A DNA stretch of 63,985 bases, counting the filler, from Elsinoe ampelina (lineage: Eukaryota), in the NCBI GenBank assembly GCA_010093995.1. It is 4 parts of 3 records of this genome, joined end to end, with 100 filler letters (N's around TTAATTAATTAA, not from the genome) between each part and the next. Parts side by side here need not be neighbours in the genome. Positions count along the whole stretch, not along the records: positions 38,390 to 62,225 come from ML992514.1; 3 more parts are not named here. One strand, 5' to 3'. The notes beneath the pieces were generated by a model that searched no databases, was not told where the DNA came from, and saw only the letters and a list, made by a program, of their open reading frames with translations. Below, one piece after another: positions 47,101 to 58,578 of this stretch (within the stretch, counting starts at the first letter, position 1; every line of letters begins with the position of its first letter). The position numbers and the translations under genes were made by a program.

Positions 47101-47612
47101 CGGGGCGGGTAGTGGCCGGTCGGATGACCGCGCTGGCGAGGGCGGCGATGGAGGAGGTGGAGAAGAGAGACATGGATCCCGGGAGGCTGTTCAGTAGCGG
47201 GGAGGGGGATTTTGGGTTCGTGCTGTGTTTGGATGTGGGTGTGCTGGGTGGTGGTGAGGGCAGGGAGGGGAAGAAGCGGAAGGGAAAGGGAGGGTTTAAG
47301 AATTTGGAGCTGCCGACGCGGGAGGAGGGGTTGGAGGGGTTTGATCCGGTGGAGGGGTATTTGGGGGAGTTGCAGGCGGTGTATGGGAGTGCGGTCGTGT
47401 TTTTTTATGGTGGTAAGGGGAGTGATAAGATCTGTGGGTTGTGGAATCCCGTGACGGAGAAGAGGGGGTGGAAGGTGGGGTTGGGGTGGAGTAGTATGCC
47501 GGTGAAGGAAGAGGGGGATGTGGTGGTTGGGTTGAACAAGGAGGCGGTGTTGGGAGAGATGGCGAGGTTGGGAGGGGAGTTGGTGAAGAGGGTGGAGGTC
47601 GGGGGGACGTAG
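44115..47612 (+). CDS. UTP22: U3 snoRNP-associated protein Utp22 (Nrap family)
   Basis: INVVGSY, KDYQDHRYFYRRSYYL, WLKQRGF, VDHGPSAE..FRKFWGEKAELRRFKDGSI, QFESSTRWP. Confidence 0.95.
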   Translation: MTPDTKRRKLEHVSDDDEDASSFASFASVEAPDLAVTGNGENAASDISDEDIADVDEIDAGTISDEEKTSEDDSPELNGAGHGDGEDLAPAREKAPVPPPQKPPASAKSTKPVNGRVPASALTGGSIKVNVLKMQTEQLLEKTRPVRNSRAEAAEKALHDLKAIMEKLSSRGPSLILEAEKELIKRWRVAIPFPEPRPTQDAKLKPKFEKASAINVVGSYVSNVNLRSNKTTEIDMMVQMSDELFQPKDYQDHRYFYRRSYYLAWLAVGIRDSSESRYSIEFKNHHGNPLRPILVVRPSGDVSDSLSRWQINILPCISSKVFTDAKLLPSKSLVRLDDKAPQVEVGPTSLYNSSIQVDRQMTAYLKLIHSASSTCEDFKDAALLLRIWLKQRGFSSSIQSGGFGNFEVTALLAALISSGSLSPRYSTYQLFKATLQYLATKDALKSVVILGQTALRPESVPEVPLLFDGPRAHNLLFKMSTWSYKSLRAEARNTISMLGDNSSDQFDATFLLKQDTQHLKYDISLTLANSHLLDQRKDDYLTLMVYQRMYKILAQGLGDRAVEINLRSDPDGSWDLGSARPAWMTKGETTISIRLNPTNAGRTVDHGPSAEQKKEAAEFRKFWGEKAELRRFKDGSIMESLVWTPRNSDQDLVLDIINVIVSRHFGDSIAAALQQKGGNISKLIPHTGGLLAFQPAMDALKQLEDDVRSLEGLPLTIRQISAADEQARFASVHPPSATDPIDVVLQFESSTRWPNSLTAVQRTKAAFLLLISRLLTESNSNLHCRVGLENSEVQVLNQAFLEIQYPTIIFRLRLHHDLELSFLQSQLKSLSLTPPQRESTALALAAYKRTFINSPSHTSYITKLSTIHPTLSPTIRLLKQWFSSHHLTNHFPAPLIELLALQPFLHPHPHPIPSSPKTGFLRVLSFLSRWDWRTTPLLLPLSSPSSSSPSPSLTTSPTRFQAWRKLDPSLNRVVLFVAYECDAEGTAWTDVTQGGPGRVVAGRMTALARAAMEEVEKRDMDPGRLFSSGEGDFGFVLCLDVGVLGGGEGREGKKRKGKGGFKNLELPTREEGLEGFDPVEGYLGELQAVYGSAVVFFYGGKGSDKICGLWNPVTEKRGWKVGLGWSSMPVKEEGDVVVGLNKEAVLGEMARLGGELVKRVEVGGT

Positions 47613-47766
47613 GAGGCAGGGTATACCTCTCAAGATTGTTGTTGTCGCTGCAGTCGCGTGACATGGAAGCACACATTGGCCGATCCTCGCAGGCATAGCA
47701 ATTATTTCATAATCCATCTACCGAGTCTACGGTCCAGAATCGCGCCCGCAAAATCTCCAACTTGTC

Positions 47767-49666
47767 TCAATCATCAGGGTACTCATCCCTCACGTTACTC
47801 ACAAACCTCCTCCCGTCCGCATCCCACCGCTTGAAGTACCTCCCCGCCATACCCAACAGCTTCTCCCCGGGCTCTGTGTAAATCGGCTCGATGTTCTCTT
47901 CAGCCACGTACCTACTAGACCGATCCTCGCCGCTATAAATCATTAGCACCATCCCCACAGATGACCAGGTACCCAACTCACAGAATATTATAAAACGCCT
48001 GCGCCCTCCCATTCTCCAGATCATCAACCCTCATACTCGCGATCCAATTCTCATGGGCCCTGCACTGCCCATCCCACGCCCTGATCACCCCCACATACCC
48101 ATACCGCTTATGCTGAAACATCTGCCCAATCTTAAACTTGACCCCGGCCACCATGCCCTCCCGCAACTCTCCCTGCGACCCCTGACCATCGACCTGCACC
48201 CTCCTCATCACCGGCCTCCGATTCAGATCCTCGGCCTTCATCTCCGCCAACGCCAGCATCAACTCCCTCCCTCTCTGCGACCGCCCGAACAGCGGACCGA
48301 GGTACTTCCTCACCAACTCCAGATCCTCGGGGAAATGCTCCCGGAGCATCGTGGCCAGTTGCCCTGCATTCGGATGGTCCAGCACGGGCAAGAACCCCGG
48401 CCCACCACCTCCCGGTATCGGGGAGGGTACTTCTTCCACCAACGCCATGGCCCATAGATACGCGTAGAAAGCGTGGTGGTTCCCGATGAGGTCGTCGCGG
48501 TTGGGCGGGATGTTGTGCCATTCTTCGTAGGAGCGCATGATGTTGCGGCAGGTGCGGAGGACCATGTCGGCGGGTGAGGCGGGGGAGAGGTAGGTGGTGT
48601 GGAGGCGGGGGGGCACGCCGGAGTGGGAGAGTTGGGAGGCGAGGACGGGGTAGGGGATTATACCGCCGGATTGGTGGTTGGAGTGGGACCAGGGGGAGAT
48701 GTAGAAGCGGTGGGACAAGGGGAGGTCCGGTGGGGTGGTGGAGTTGGTGGTCGGGGTGGGGGGCAGGATGATGGCGAAGATGTGCCCAGGGAAGTTGATG
48801 CAGTGCGCGGTGAGGCCGAGGCGGGTGGCGACGGCGCAGAAGATGACGGTGGATTGGAGGGGGAGGGAGCATTTGGAGCGTTCGCGGAGGGTGAAGGAGA
48901 GGAAGTTGTGTTTCATGGCGTGGTAGGCGGTTTCTGTAGGGTCGAGGCCTGCGATGCCGTGTTCTCGCAGCCAGTCGGCGATGACGAGTGCTCGTAGCTC
49001 GGGGTCTTGTTCGAGGATGTTGGGATGATCTGCTTTGATCTCTTCTGCGGCTTTGTCCAAGGCTGAGCTGATTTCTGAGATGTTGCCCCATCTGCCACCG
49101 ATGATGAATAGGTCAAAGGCCGCGATGCTTCGCTCTAGACTTGGATTTGGATCTTGATTCATACGAGACCATGTTTCGAGTGCTGCTGCTCGGTTGATGA
49201 GACCTATCGCTGCTTCGGCGTAGTATCGTCTAGCCAGGACATCCTCGGCGGAATCTGGACAGCGCAGGTTATCTACAAGCATCTCTCGAGCCTCATAGCC
49301 AGACTCTGCAATCTTCTGGATCTTGAGATAACGTTCATGTTGTGTCGTCAATGCTGATTCGAATAATCGACTATTGTGCTGGTCTCTGGTGATTCTGTCG
49401 CAAAAGAGCCTCTTCCAAGGGGCGTTGGGCTGTCTTTGAACCACAGCAGGGTCAGTGTCATCGGTGAAATGCCAGTAATTAAAGACTGTGTCGCAAAAAT
49501 ATCTCCATAATAAAGGTTGATCCAATAGCTTGGTCATTCTTCTGCTTGTTGATCCTAGGTGGATAGCATCGCGTGGCGACAGGTAGTAAAAGATGGCTTG
49601 GAGTAGCTCATCAGGTAATCGGAGGATCGAGTCGCCAGCCATCATATCTATCGTCCGACCTCCCAT
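47767..49666 (-). CDS. F-box protein with transglutaminase-like core and YccV/HspQ domain (FBXO21-like)
   Basis: ILRLPDELLQAIFYYL F-box; SLPLQSTVIFCAVATRLGL..FPGH; FKIGQMFQHKRYGYVGVIRAWD; last exon RYVAEENI..GRYFKRWD after an intron near 47981-47933. Confidence 0.88.
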
Positions 49667-50032
49667 GATTGATTAGAGCGAGGGGAATTAATGTTTTGAT
49701 GTTGTGTCGCGTTTGCAGAGAATGTCTATACAAATTGAAGAATTGTGGTTGGAATGCGGTCAAACTGTCGCGTGAGGGTGAGGTCATCGTAGATTTGTCA
49801 GGGTCTGCCTGCCGACCGCCAGCGACATTGGTGTATTCCGTAGGATGGCCAGACATCTTGCATTGTATTCATTTGACATCAGACTCGCAGACATGTCAAT
49901 GCTCATTAAAACAAGCATCAAGACAAAGCGGCCAGGCAAAGTGTGAGTAGCACAATCGCTGCAAATATAAGATGAGGCGAGGGCAATCAATGGCGGGGCA
50001 TCAAGGGTCTTGCACTCCCGCTATGAATTCAT

Positions 50033-52333
50033 CTATTTACTCCACCACATACCATCACTCCGGTCTCTCCGCCCCTTGAAACCGCTCATCATTCGCTTTC
50101 CATTTGACGCTCTCCCGTTGAGTCCTCGATGCCCGTTCAGAGCATGACCATTGACAGTACCGTTGGTCCTCTTCGAACCATGCCCACCGATGTCGCCGGT
50201 AAGCGACCTCCATAGCTCGCTGACGGGTACCCTCTTTGCTGGTAGCATACTGTACTGGAGACTGTAAAGACTCTTTCGTGATATAGGAGGGATGAATTGC
50301 CCAGAGAGCAGGCAGAGCAGCACACGAGGCGAAGCGTAGTGCTTTCGAATGCGGTCTGCGAGTTGAGAGTATTGCGAGAAGGTTAGTGTGAGCGGAAGAG
50401 AAATTGACTGAATTTGTCAGATATGCTTCCAGAGATGCTGGAGCGTCATCATACCTTCAATCTTATTACTGCTGTATGTGCGGACTTTTCTTTGTCCGCG
50501 TCGTTCCGTACTTCGTTGCCTTTGGGTATATCTTGTAATTCAAAACGAATGCCACCTGTGGACGTCAGAACTGATCAACTCGCTGGCAGAAATCAACAAA
50601 CCTGGTAAACGCCTGGAGTCTTTGACTCTCAACATCAAAGCAAAAAGAGGAAAATGATTCAAACAAGCCAGCCAGACATCTAGCCCTGCTTTTAATACAA
50701 TTATACCCATTCGGGCTCCGGCAAAGGTCGTGTAAAATACACCCACGGTGGGTAGAAGAAATGTAAGTAACGTGAAAAGGATCGTCCCTATCAAAAGCTG
50801 GTCGAGATCGTAATCGCATGAATCGATTCTGTTGCGAAGTATGTTTCTCTTCTTTCCGCGGAAGAGGTGGAATAGGGAGACGATGATCGTCAATTGCCAG
50901 TTGTATATCCTGGCAGAGGCAATATAGAAAGCGTAGATATGGACAGTGAGGATTGAGACCAGGTCGGAAAAGAGAGAAATGGGCATGCTGGCTCCACCAA
51001 AGCTTGAGAAGCCAATAAGTCGGATAATGTGAGGGAGGATCGGTTGGAGTGTCTGCATACATCCAGCCCAGTAGTCGATGACCCATAGGAAGAGGTCACC
51101 CAGGAAAGCAGCAAGCTCGTTGTTGAGTTTCAGACCAGCTGGCCAATCCATCAGCCATGCAATCATCTGCTGTAAACCGTCGATGAACCAGGCATCTACA
51201 ATATGGTTTACTTGGGCGGCGACCAGATCAGCATTGTCGATAATGTACGAGCCGAGAGCAATTCCAATGATCACATCGTTGGCTACCAACCACAGACTGT
51301 TGTAGAATCGAATGTATTCTGGGTGATTGTTGGTGATGCTGCCCCAATTGCTTCTCCTCCGTCTAAGGGTCAAGTATTGTGTTGGCCAGTAGCAGAATTG
51401 CTGGAGACGGATATCGACCTGCTGAGCAGTAGCCGAAAGGTCTTTCAGTGCAGCAAATCGACCTGACAAAAGCTTCCATTCGAGTATCTGCAAGAGGACC
51501 TCGCCACCAGCTCTGTATAAGACGATGCAGAGGATGAAGAGTTGCGACATGATCGGCCAAACGTAGCTCCAGAAGATCCGCTTACTCTCGAGAATGACAT
51601 GATCCCAGGCATTTGTGGCAGTCTCCACGACCCTCTCACTGACACTGAGGGTCCTCTTCGACCTGACGCCGACCAATCCGATGTTCTTCTGCATCAATCG
51701 ATCAAGCTCTGAAGAGCAATTGATTTGATTGATGATGCGTTTCAGGGCCAGCTCTTTCTGTGTTCGTGGATGTTTGGTAACCGTATGCAATTTGAGCTTG
51801 TCCAGCAGTACCTTCTTCTTTTGTCTGTCGGCCTCTATTGCGACATCCATGCCATCGTATATGAGACCTTGCTCTTCAATCTTGTCGCGCACCTCCCCAA
51901 GTGTCAGAGCGATCGGACTGAGGGAAAGGTACTGCATTCGTTGTGGGTCTGGCCGATCAAAGACCACAATCTGTAGAGTGATGTTGGCGCTGCTTGGACA
52001 CCAGATATGTGGTGCTTTCCCTCTCCGTCCAGACCATGTGGTAAGGTTGTAGTGATCAAAGACGTCCCGCTGCTTGCCGTTGAATGTGCCCAGGACTTCA
52101 AAATCCAGATTCCCACAGCGGTCCAGGATCTGATTCATGGGATGTGGTGTTCCCCGGAAGAGCGTCCCTACCTGCAGGGCATTTTGTACACTCCGTACCT
52201 CAACATCTTGCAGCAGCGAAACCACAATAATGTCCAGCTCCGAGTTCCTCCATCCGACCAAGACTCCCGGTCGGTTTATATTTGACAAGTCTGAAGGCCA
52301 GAAGACGCGCATCAAGTCATGTTGTGTTGTCAT
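50033..52333 (-). CDS. GPI1: GPI-GlcNAc transferase component Gpi1 (PIG-Q), 3 exons
   Basis: MRVFWP, QQVDIRLQQFCYWP, YIRFYNSLWLVAND, WPAGLKLNNEL, LFRGKKRNILRNRIDSCDYDLDQLLIGTILFT; introns about 50601-50556 and 50454-50408. Confidence 0.95.
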
Positions 52334-52346
52334 AATAGCCACATGG

Positions 52347-52619
52347 CTAGAATGATCCCCGTCTCTTCAATTGCTCACGCGCTGATATGCCACCAGGTTC
52401 TGGGTGAAGTTCGATCTCAATCTCTGCGATCTTCGTCGCGGGAATGACCAGGATGAAGAAGAATAGCGACAGGACGACGAAGCCTTTCGCAGCGCGTGTC
52501 CAGACGCTGTGGTCCCAGGCGAAGATTGCGAGCTCGTAGAGACGAGTGACGAGATCCCAGCGAGCAGTGATGTATCCAGCTACGAAGATGCTGAGAGTCA
52601 GGACCGAGAAGGGGTGCAT
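52347..52619 (-). CDS. 90-aa small membrane protein immediately upstream of GPI1
   Basis: Intronless ATG-to-TAG ORF with C-ending codon bias like neighbouring genes; two hydrophobic segments (FSVLTLSIFVAGYITA, GFVVLSLFFFILVIP). Confidence 0.7.
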   Translation of the reverse strand: MHPFSVLTLSIFVAGYITARWDLVTRLYELAIFAWDHSVWTRAAKGFVVLSLFFFILVIPATKIAEIEIELHPEPGGISAREQLKRRGSF

Positions 52620-52648
52620 GAATGTCGGTCAGGTCAAACACGCTGCCG

Positions 52649-52684
52649 TCTCGTCGCGTATCTCGTCGCGTATCTAGTCGCGTA
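52649..52684. promoter_or_regulatory. Three tandem 12-mers tct(c/a)gtcgcgta in the divergent promoter region
   Basis: Repeat seen directly; each unit holds a CGCG core. Regulatory role is inferred only. Confidence 0.4.
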
Positions 52685-53017
52685 GAGTCAGTAGTTCAGG
52701 TTCGACGTGCAGTATCGCACGCTGTCAAGCGATTGAGTCCGAATACGTCGCAGCTGAATTGTGAATCTTGAATCGCCATGCAGCTTCTCAGGAGCCGCAA
52801 ATTTGCCAAGACTTGTAATGCCCGGGAAAGCCGTGATGCCGAAGAGCTAAAAAGTGGGGGCAGATCTCCTCGATGCTGCTCGTTCTGGGGAAATTTTGGG
52901 AGATCTTGGTATTCTTTGACTCTAGCACGCCATCTCAAAACGGGCAAAAATAGATGAGACGACACCATCTGCTTTTCAATATGCCATGGGCATTCTTTTC
53001 CATGCATCCGACATGCC

Positions 53018-54684
53018 ATGCGGCTACTACGCGAGCTTTTGAAGCTCAGACAGCAGTATATCGACCAGGGCGATGCGTATTCGGCAAACACCAGATCTCT
53101 CCCCGCACGACTCCTTGACGTATTGATCCGGACATGGCATCTAGGATTCTCAGCCTTTGGAGGGCCTGCTGTTCAGTTTTTGACCTTTCGCCGCAAATTC
53201 GTGGATGGCCTTGACAATGGCCCGCCTTGGCTCGATGCACAAACGGTGACACAAGGAGAACAAGCCAAATAATCTGCATGCTGATTCGTCTCACAGTTCC
53301 AAGAACTGCTGTCGCTCTGCCAATCAACTCCTGGCCCTGCTAGCACCAAGCTTCTTGTATGCTTAGCATGGCTTCACGCCGGGCCTTTACCAGCGCTGCT
53401 GGTCTTCTGCCTATGGAGGTCAGTAGACACTGAATTCACTGCATCTTATTGCCTATTGATGAGTAAAGTCTCCCAGCTGCACTGGGAATGCTTGCTTTGG
53501 GTCTCGGTATCCAACAAGTCGGCGACGTCCTGCCAGCTATTGCCTATGCGTTTCTGACAGGTCTGAATGCGGCTATTGTCGGAATCATTGCTCTAGCTGC
53601 GACACAACTCTCAAACAAATCCATCAAAGGTCAGCTCGACCGAATTTTGATTGTCTTTGGCGGATGTGCTGGCTTGCTCTACAGCTCTCTGTGGTACTTC
53701 CCGGTCATCATTGTCTCTGGGGGTATTATTACTATTACTTGGACCCATGGCCTCCTTCCGATCATAAACCGCCTGCGTGCGAAATGGGAGGTACGCAAAG
53801 CGGTACGAGAGGAGATGCGGAAGCAGTTGCATGATGATGATGAAGAAGAGGCCGAAACTAATCAACGAGGCTCCCGGACACGAGAAATCGAGATGCAGAA
53901 TGCACTGCCTACGCAATCGCCCGCAGAAGCGGCAGCGCCACAGCCACCGATACCGGCAGCAGAACAGCAGCCATCACTAGACCCGAGGGCAGACACGAAG
54001 ACATACCGAGTACCCATCCCAGCTGGTCTTTTTCTCATTGCCGTCTTTCTAGCTCTGGTCATCGTGCTACTAGTCACATCAAGAATAATGGAGAATCCAC
54101 AACGGCCTCATGAATTCGTGGCGAACATGGTACTCGCGGGCAGCATTATCTTCGGAGGGGGTCCTGTGCTCATTCCGCTGATGCGAGACTATGTTGTCGA
54201 ACCAGGATGGGTCTCACCTCGAGACTTTCTCATCGGGCTTGCTATTGTTCAGACCTTTCCAGGACCCAATTTCGCTTTTGCAGTATATTTGGGCGTTCTT
54301 TCTATGCTCGGTACTGGCTATTCTTCCGTTCTCGGTGCATTTCTAGGCTTCATGGGCATATTCGCACCAGGCATCATCGTCGCTGTTGGATTTATGAGCA
54401 TTTGGAATGTTCTCAGGAGACGGCCGGTTGTCATGAGTCTATTACGCGGTGTCAACTGTACGGCAATTGGGCTCATCTTCACGGCTGTCTATAGAATCTG
54501 GCAGATCGGATATCTCTCGACAGATTTCCCGGAAGGACGACCGCTTTCACTGGAACCCTGGTGGGTTGTAGTCACGGTTGTTGCATATGCTACTAGTAGA
54601 TGGCTGAAGATGCCTACGGCGGGTGCAATTGCCTTGGGCGGAGTACTCGGACTATGCTGGTACGGCGTGATCGGCTCACGATGA
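53018..54684 (+). CDS. Chromate ion transporter (CHR family, bidomain), 3 exons
   Basis: LGFSAFGGP, CQSTPGPASTK, IIFGGGPVLIPL, QTFPGPNF; introns near 53246-53296 and 53419-53468. Confidence 0.9.
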
Positions 54685-54794
54685 TTCATGAACATTGATT
54701 GCGAGTGCTTCAACTTTGGCCACAGCGACGCTAACATACACGAGCGTATTATCCGCGAACATGCATCCCCGAGTGGCAGGCATTTGACGGCAAT

Positions 54795-55183
54795 TCAAAG
54801 ATCTTCGATCTTGTAGACCTCATAAGCGACCTCTTCGTACGGATGGGTGCTGCGTCGTCAGCAAGGGGATCAAGCGGAGGGCATGGAATCGTATACCTCT
54901 TCAGAGCAGCCACAGCACGCTTAGTCTGTTCCCTTCCCTGGCATCGGATCTCACACCTGACCTCGCCTACTTCCTCAACCTTCTCAGGCTGGCCGATGGT
55001 TGGATTGGTTCCGGGGCCTGGCTTGAATTGACCTATCCCGGGTATTGTGAAGCATACTTCCGAGTAGTTACCGTACGTCCCCGCGCCGGTGGAGAAGATG
55101 GCGGACTTGATTTTTTGCAGATCTAGTGGAGGAGTGAAGAAGACTAGCTTGTAGCTGTCCAGGTCGTCAGGTGCGGAGCTCAT
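54795..55183 (-). CDS. Small Nif3/YqfO-like (PII-like fold) protein, 2 exons
   Basis: YKLVFFTP..TGAGTYGNYSEVCF..GQFKPG..PTIG; after the intron near 54896-54850 reads THPYEEVAYEVYKIEDL*. An upstream in-frame ATG could add a targeting peptide. Confidence 0.82.
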
Positions 55184-55524
55184 ACTGCTGGCTCTGATGA
55201 TAGAATGTGACAGACGATGGTTCAGCAAGTGTGAACGCTTCGCATGCAGGAATATTGTAGATCTTCCAAGTGCCAGACAAAATGCCATATATACACATGT
55301 CAGCCGCGATGAATGGTACTGCCGTGGATACCTTGGTGGACCATGACGCCATGTGCTTTTTGGGCCCCGCCATGTGCCCACCAACGCCCGACTTCAATCA
55401 ACCTTGAGCTCAAGCTTTCTTTCTCTCTTCCGTTTCCTGATACGGTTTGATCGTCCTGCTACCTTGCCCACAGCCGAGTCACCACCTTCCCGCCATTGAC
55501 AACCTCCCCGACCTCGTGTCTCAA

Positions 55525-56388
55525 ATGGCCACCCTAGCTCACTGCGCTTACTGCTTCGAAAGCCTGTCAGCAACCTTTGAGCAACGTCAGCCCCTCACCC
55601 TCCCGCGAGTAGAAGAGCTATGGGACGAATACACACAAGCGGTAGCGGAAGCAGACGGACCCGAGGATGAACAGGACACGAAAAGTGCAGGAGCTCCTCC
55701 AGCGAAACCCGTCGCCATCTCCCGACTACTGAACCCTTCTTCGTCCTCCAGCACATCCTCCCTTTCAACGACAAGAAGCTCAAACTCCTCCACCCCAGTG
55801 GATTCTGGTTCATCAAAGGCATCTTCCGTCTCATCCCTCCCTCGCACGCCCAAGGAAGCCTCGCATCCCCTCTTCGTGACCTGGAACACCGTCTCAAAAT
55901 CAGGCCACAAGTCCCTCCGCGGCTGCATCGGGACCTTTGAGCCTCTACCTCTGGCTCAAGGTTTACGAAGCTACGCTCTCACCTCAGCGTTCGAAGATCA
56001 CCGCTTCAACCCGATCCCCGCCTCCCTTCTCCCGTCACTACAAGTCTGCGTCACGCTCCTCACCAACTTCTCCGAGCCCGATAGCGATCCGATGAACTGG
56101 ACGATAGGCGAGCATGGCATACGTTTGAGCTTCGTGGACAAGGGAAGGAGGTATGGCGCGACTTACCTACCGGATGTTGCTGCCGAGCAGGGATGGACCA
56201 AGGAGGAGACGATTGTGAGCTTGATGCGGAAGGCGGGATGGACAGGGAATAAAGGGACGTGGCGGAATGTTAGAGGTTTGGAGATCGTGAGATATGAAGG
56301 GAAGAAGGTTGAGCTTGATTACCATGAGTGGGAGGAGTGGAGGGCTTGGGTAGAGGAGAAGGGCGCCGGGAAGAACGGCTTCAAATGA
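55525..56388 (+). CDS. AMMECR1 family protein
   Basis: HCAYCFESL, PLFVTW, LRGCIGTF, SAFEDHRF, ATYLPDVAAEQGWTKEET. Confidence 0.95.
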   Translation: MATLAHCAYCFESLSATFEQRQPLTLPRVEELWDEYTQAVAEADGPEDEQDTKSAGAPPAKPVAISRLLNPSSSSSTSSLSTTRSSNSSTPVDSGSSKASSVSSLPRTPKEASHPLFVTWNTVSKSGHKSLRGCIGTFEPLPLAQGLRSYALTSAFEDHRFNPIPASLLPSLQVCVTLLTNFSEPDSDPMNWTIGEHGIRLSFVDKGRRYGATYLPDVAAEQGWTKEETIVSLMRKAGWTGNKGTWRNVRGLEIVRYEGKKVELDYHEWEEWRAWVEEKGAGKNGFK

Positions 56389-56940
56389 GGTGGGTAGAAG
56401 GGAAAGAATCGGATAGATCGGAGTCTGGAGTGTATTTGGACTGTGTGTACTGGTAGTACACTGGTGGGATGACCATGCTGAGCAAGGCGTTAGGAAAGGT
56501 CACGGTATCCGGCTATCTCGATGATAGATGTTGCTTACGTTTAATGTGATCATGATGACCCTTGAGTTTCCTACCCTTCGAAGTGCAACCTGGACCAACT
56601 TGAAGCGTTCGCTCGGTACCTGCCCGACTCACGTGGTTGTCACGGTGGAACGCCCCACTTGAGATCAGCTACCTTTCTTATTCACCATCAATCTTTCTTG
56701 GCTTACCACTTTCCACCTCGTTCAGCTCTACATCAAGCTATCTAACAACCTTCGTATATCCGGCATAAGGATACCGTGAAACACCATCACCAGGCGCTCT
56801 CATCTCTCACTTAAACCCGTGGTCCCTTCACATTCGCCACCGAACCAGAACCTCACCGCATTCACCATCATGAGAACTCATCCCCACTAACGACCTCACT
56901 CTTCCCATCCGGCATCTGGCAACACCAAATCACCACAACC

Positions 56941-58479
56941 ATGCCCTTCACCACCCTCCGCCTCAACGAAAAACACCTCCACCCCAACCCACGCATCACC
57001 TTCATCAAACCCCTCCCCTCCCTCACCACCACCCCCCTCGCCAAGCTCTTCCTCCAAAAGATCGCCGCGCAATGCTACCCCATCATGAAAGCCCACTCGC
57101 TCTCCATCACGACCCTGGAAGAATTCCCCCCCAACCGCGAATTCTGGGGGCGAAACTTCAACGGCGGCGAGGTCATCCAGCTGGTCCTCCGACGCATGCC
57201 GACGCGACGCTGGGACGACGCGAGAGCCCAGTTCGTGTCGACGTCGGATTTGGGGGAGAATGGCGTTGTTGTGAGGGGTAATCGGGGGAGGTTGGATCCG
57301 CATTCGACCGAGTTTGTGGCGGAGAGGGACGGGCAGGATGAGGGGTGGTTGGGTTTCAAGGCGGTGCAGGCGGTGATGATGCATGAGCTGGCGCATTGTG
57401 CTGAGATGAACCATGCAAAGGCGTTTTGGAAGGTGAGGAATGTTTACATGGAGCATTTGAAGGTGCTGTGGAGGGAGGGGTATACGGGAGAAGGGGTGTG
57501 GGGACGGGGACAGATGTTGGAGGATGGGAGGTTTGAGACGGGTGGTGGAGGCGGGTTGGGGGAGGTGAGGGATTTGTGCGGTGGGGCGTATAGAGGACGA
57601 GGGAGGAGGGTGAGAGGGAAGAAGGGGAAGGAGAAGGTCACGTATCAGGAGCGGAAGAGGAGGAAGGTGGAGAAGACGGAGAGCAAATTCGGTAAGGGGC
57701 AGGAGGTGGGGGAGAGTGAGAGTTTGAAGTTCATGCTCGAGGGAAAGTTCAGTGGGAGTAAGCCGACGGTGGCGAAGAGTAAGCGTGGAAGGGAGTTGAG
57801 AGCCGCCGCAGCGCTGGCGAGGTTTGAGAAGGCCAAGGTGGAGGAGAACAAGGGGGAGGAGGTCCAGATCATGGACGAGGAGGAGACGGAGTCAGAAGGC
57901 AGCGAGACAGAATCAGAGGGCGATCATCATTCAGCGTGTCTGGTCGACGCAGAAGGCAAGCAGGTCAAGGATGCAAAGGGCCACGGGCTATACAAGGTCT
58001 GCGAGGACACGGATGTCAATAAGGACGAGGACGCGAAGAACGAACTCGATGAGCTGGAAGAGCTTGTCTACCTTCCCAAGGCCACAACCACATCAGTCCC
58101 CTCTGGTTCGAGCGAGACGCCCGTCACGTATAGCAAGAAGCTCGAAAGCACCAAATCCGCGATCGACATCGACGATGACGAGACTGAAGACGAAGAACAG
58201 CCCGTGGCCGTTGAGTCATCGGCTCCCTCAGGTAAGAGTGCGGGCCAGGCCTCAACCAGTCATATCAACGAGCAAGTGGCCGGTAGCTGCCCAGTCTGCT
58301 CGCTCGAGAATGATCCAGGAAGCGCAACCTGCATGGCATGCGCGCATGTGCTAGACACGAGGAAGATCAAGGGTTCCTGGCAGTGTACCTCGGATGAGTG
58401 CAAAGCGTCGGGGTACACCAACGCTGGAGACGCCGGGAGATGCGGTATCTGCGGACAGGCGAAGGGGACATGGCTGTAA
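56941..58479 (+). CDS. WLM-domain (Wss1-like) zinc metalloprotease with C-terminal zinc fingers
   Basis: LEEFPPNREFWGRNFNGGEVIQL, MHELAH..MNH, RELRAAAALARF, CPVCSLEND..CMAC and WQC..C..CGIC. Confidence 0.9.
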   Translation: MPFTTLRLNEKHLHPNPRITFIKPLPSLTTTPLAKLFLQKIAAQCYPIMKAHSLSITTLEEFPPNREFWGRNFNGGEVIQLVLRRMPTRRWDDARAQFVSTSDLGENGVVVRGNRGRLDPHSTEFVAERDGQDEGWLGFKAVQAVMMHELAHCAEMNHAKAFWKVRNVYMEHLKVLWREGYTGEGVWGRGQMLEDGRFETGGGGGLGEVRDLCGGAYRGRGRRVRGKKGKEKVTYQERKRRKVEKTESKFGKGQEVGESESLKFMLEGKFSGSKPTVAKSKRGRELRAAAALARFEKAKVEENKGEEVQIMDEEETESEGSETESEGDHHSACLVDAEGKQVKDAKGHGLYKVCEDTDVNKDEDAKNELDELEELVYLPKATTTSVPSGSSETPVTYSKKLESTKSAIDIDDDETEDEEQPVAVESSAPSGKSAGQASTSHINEQVAGSCPVCSLENDPGSATCMACAHVLDTRKIKGSWQCTSDECKASGYTNAGDAGRCGICGQAKGTWL

Positions 58480-58578
58480 TCAAGGAGACTCAAAGGAAGA
58501 GGGGCTTTGTCTGAACTTTGCATAGATACCCATTTGCTTTCCCCTAACCTCATGAATAACAAGATCACAACCCAGCCT

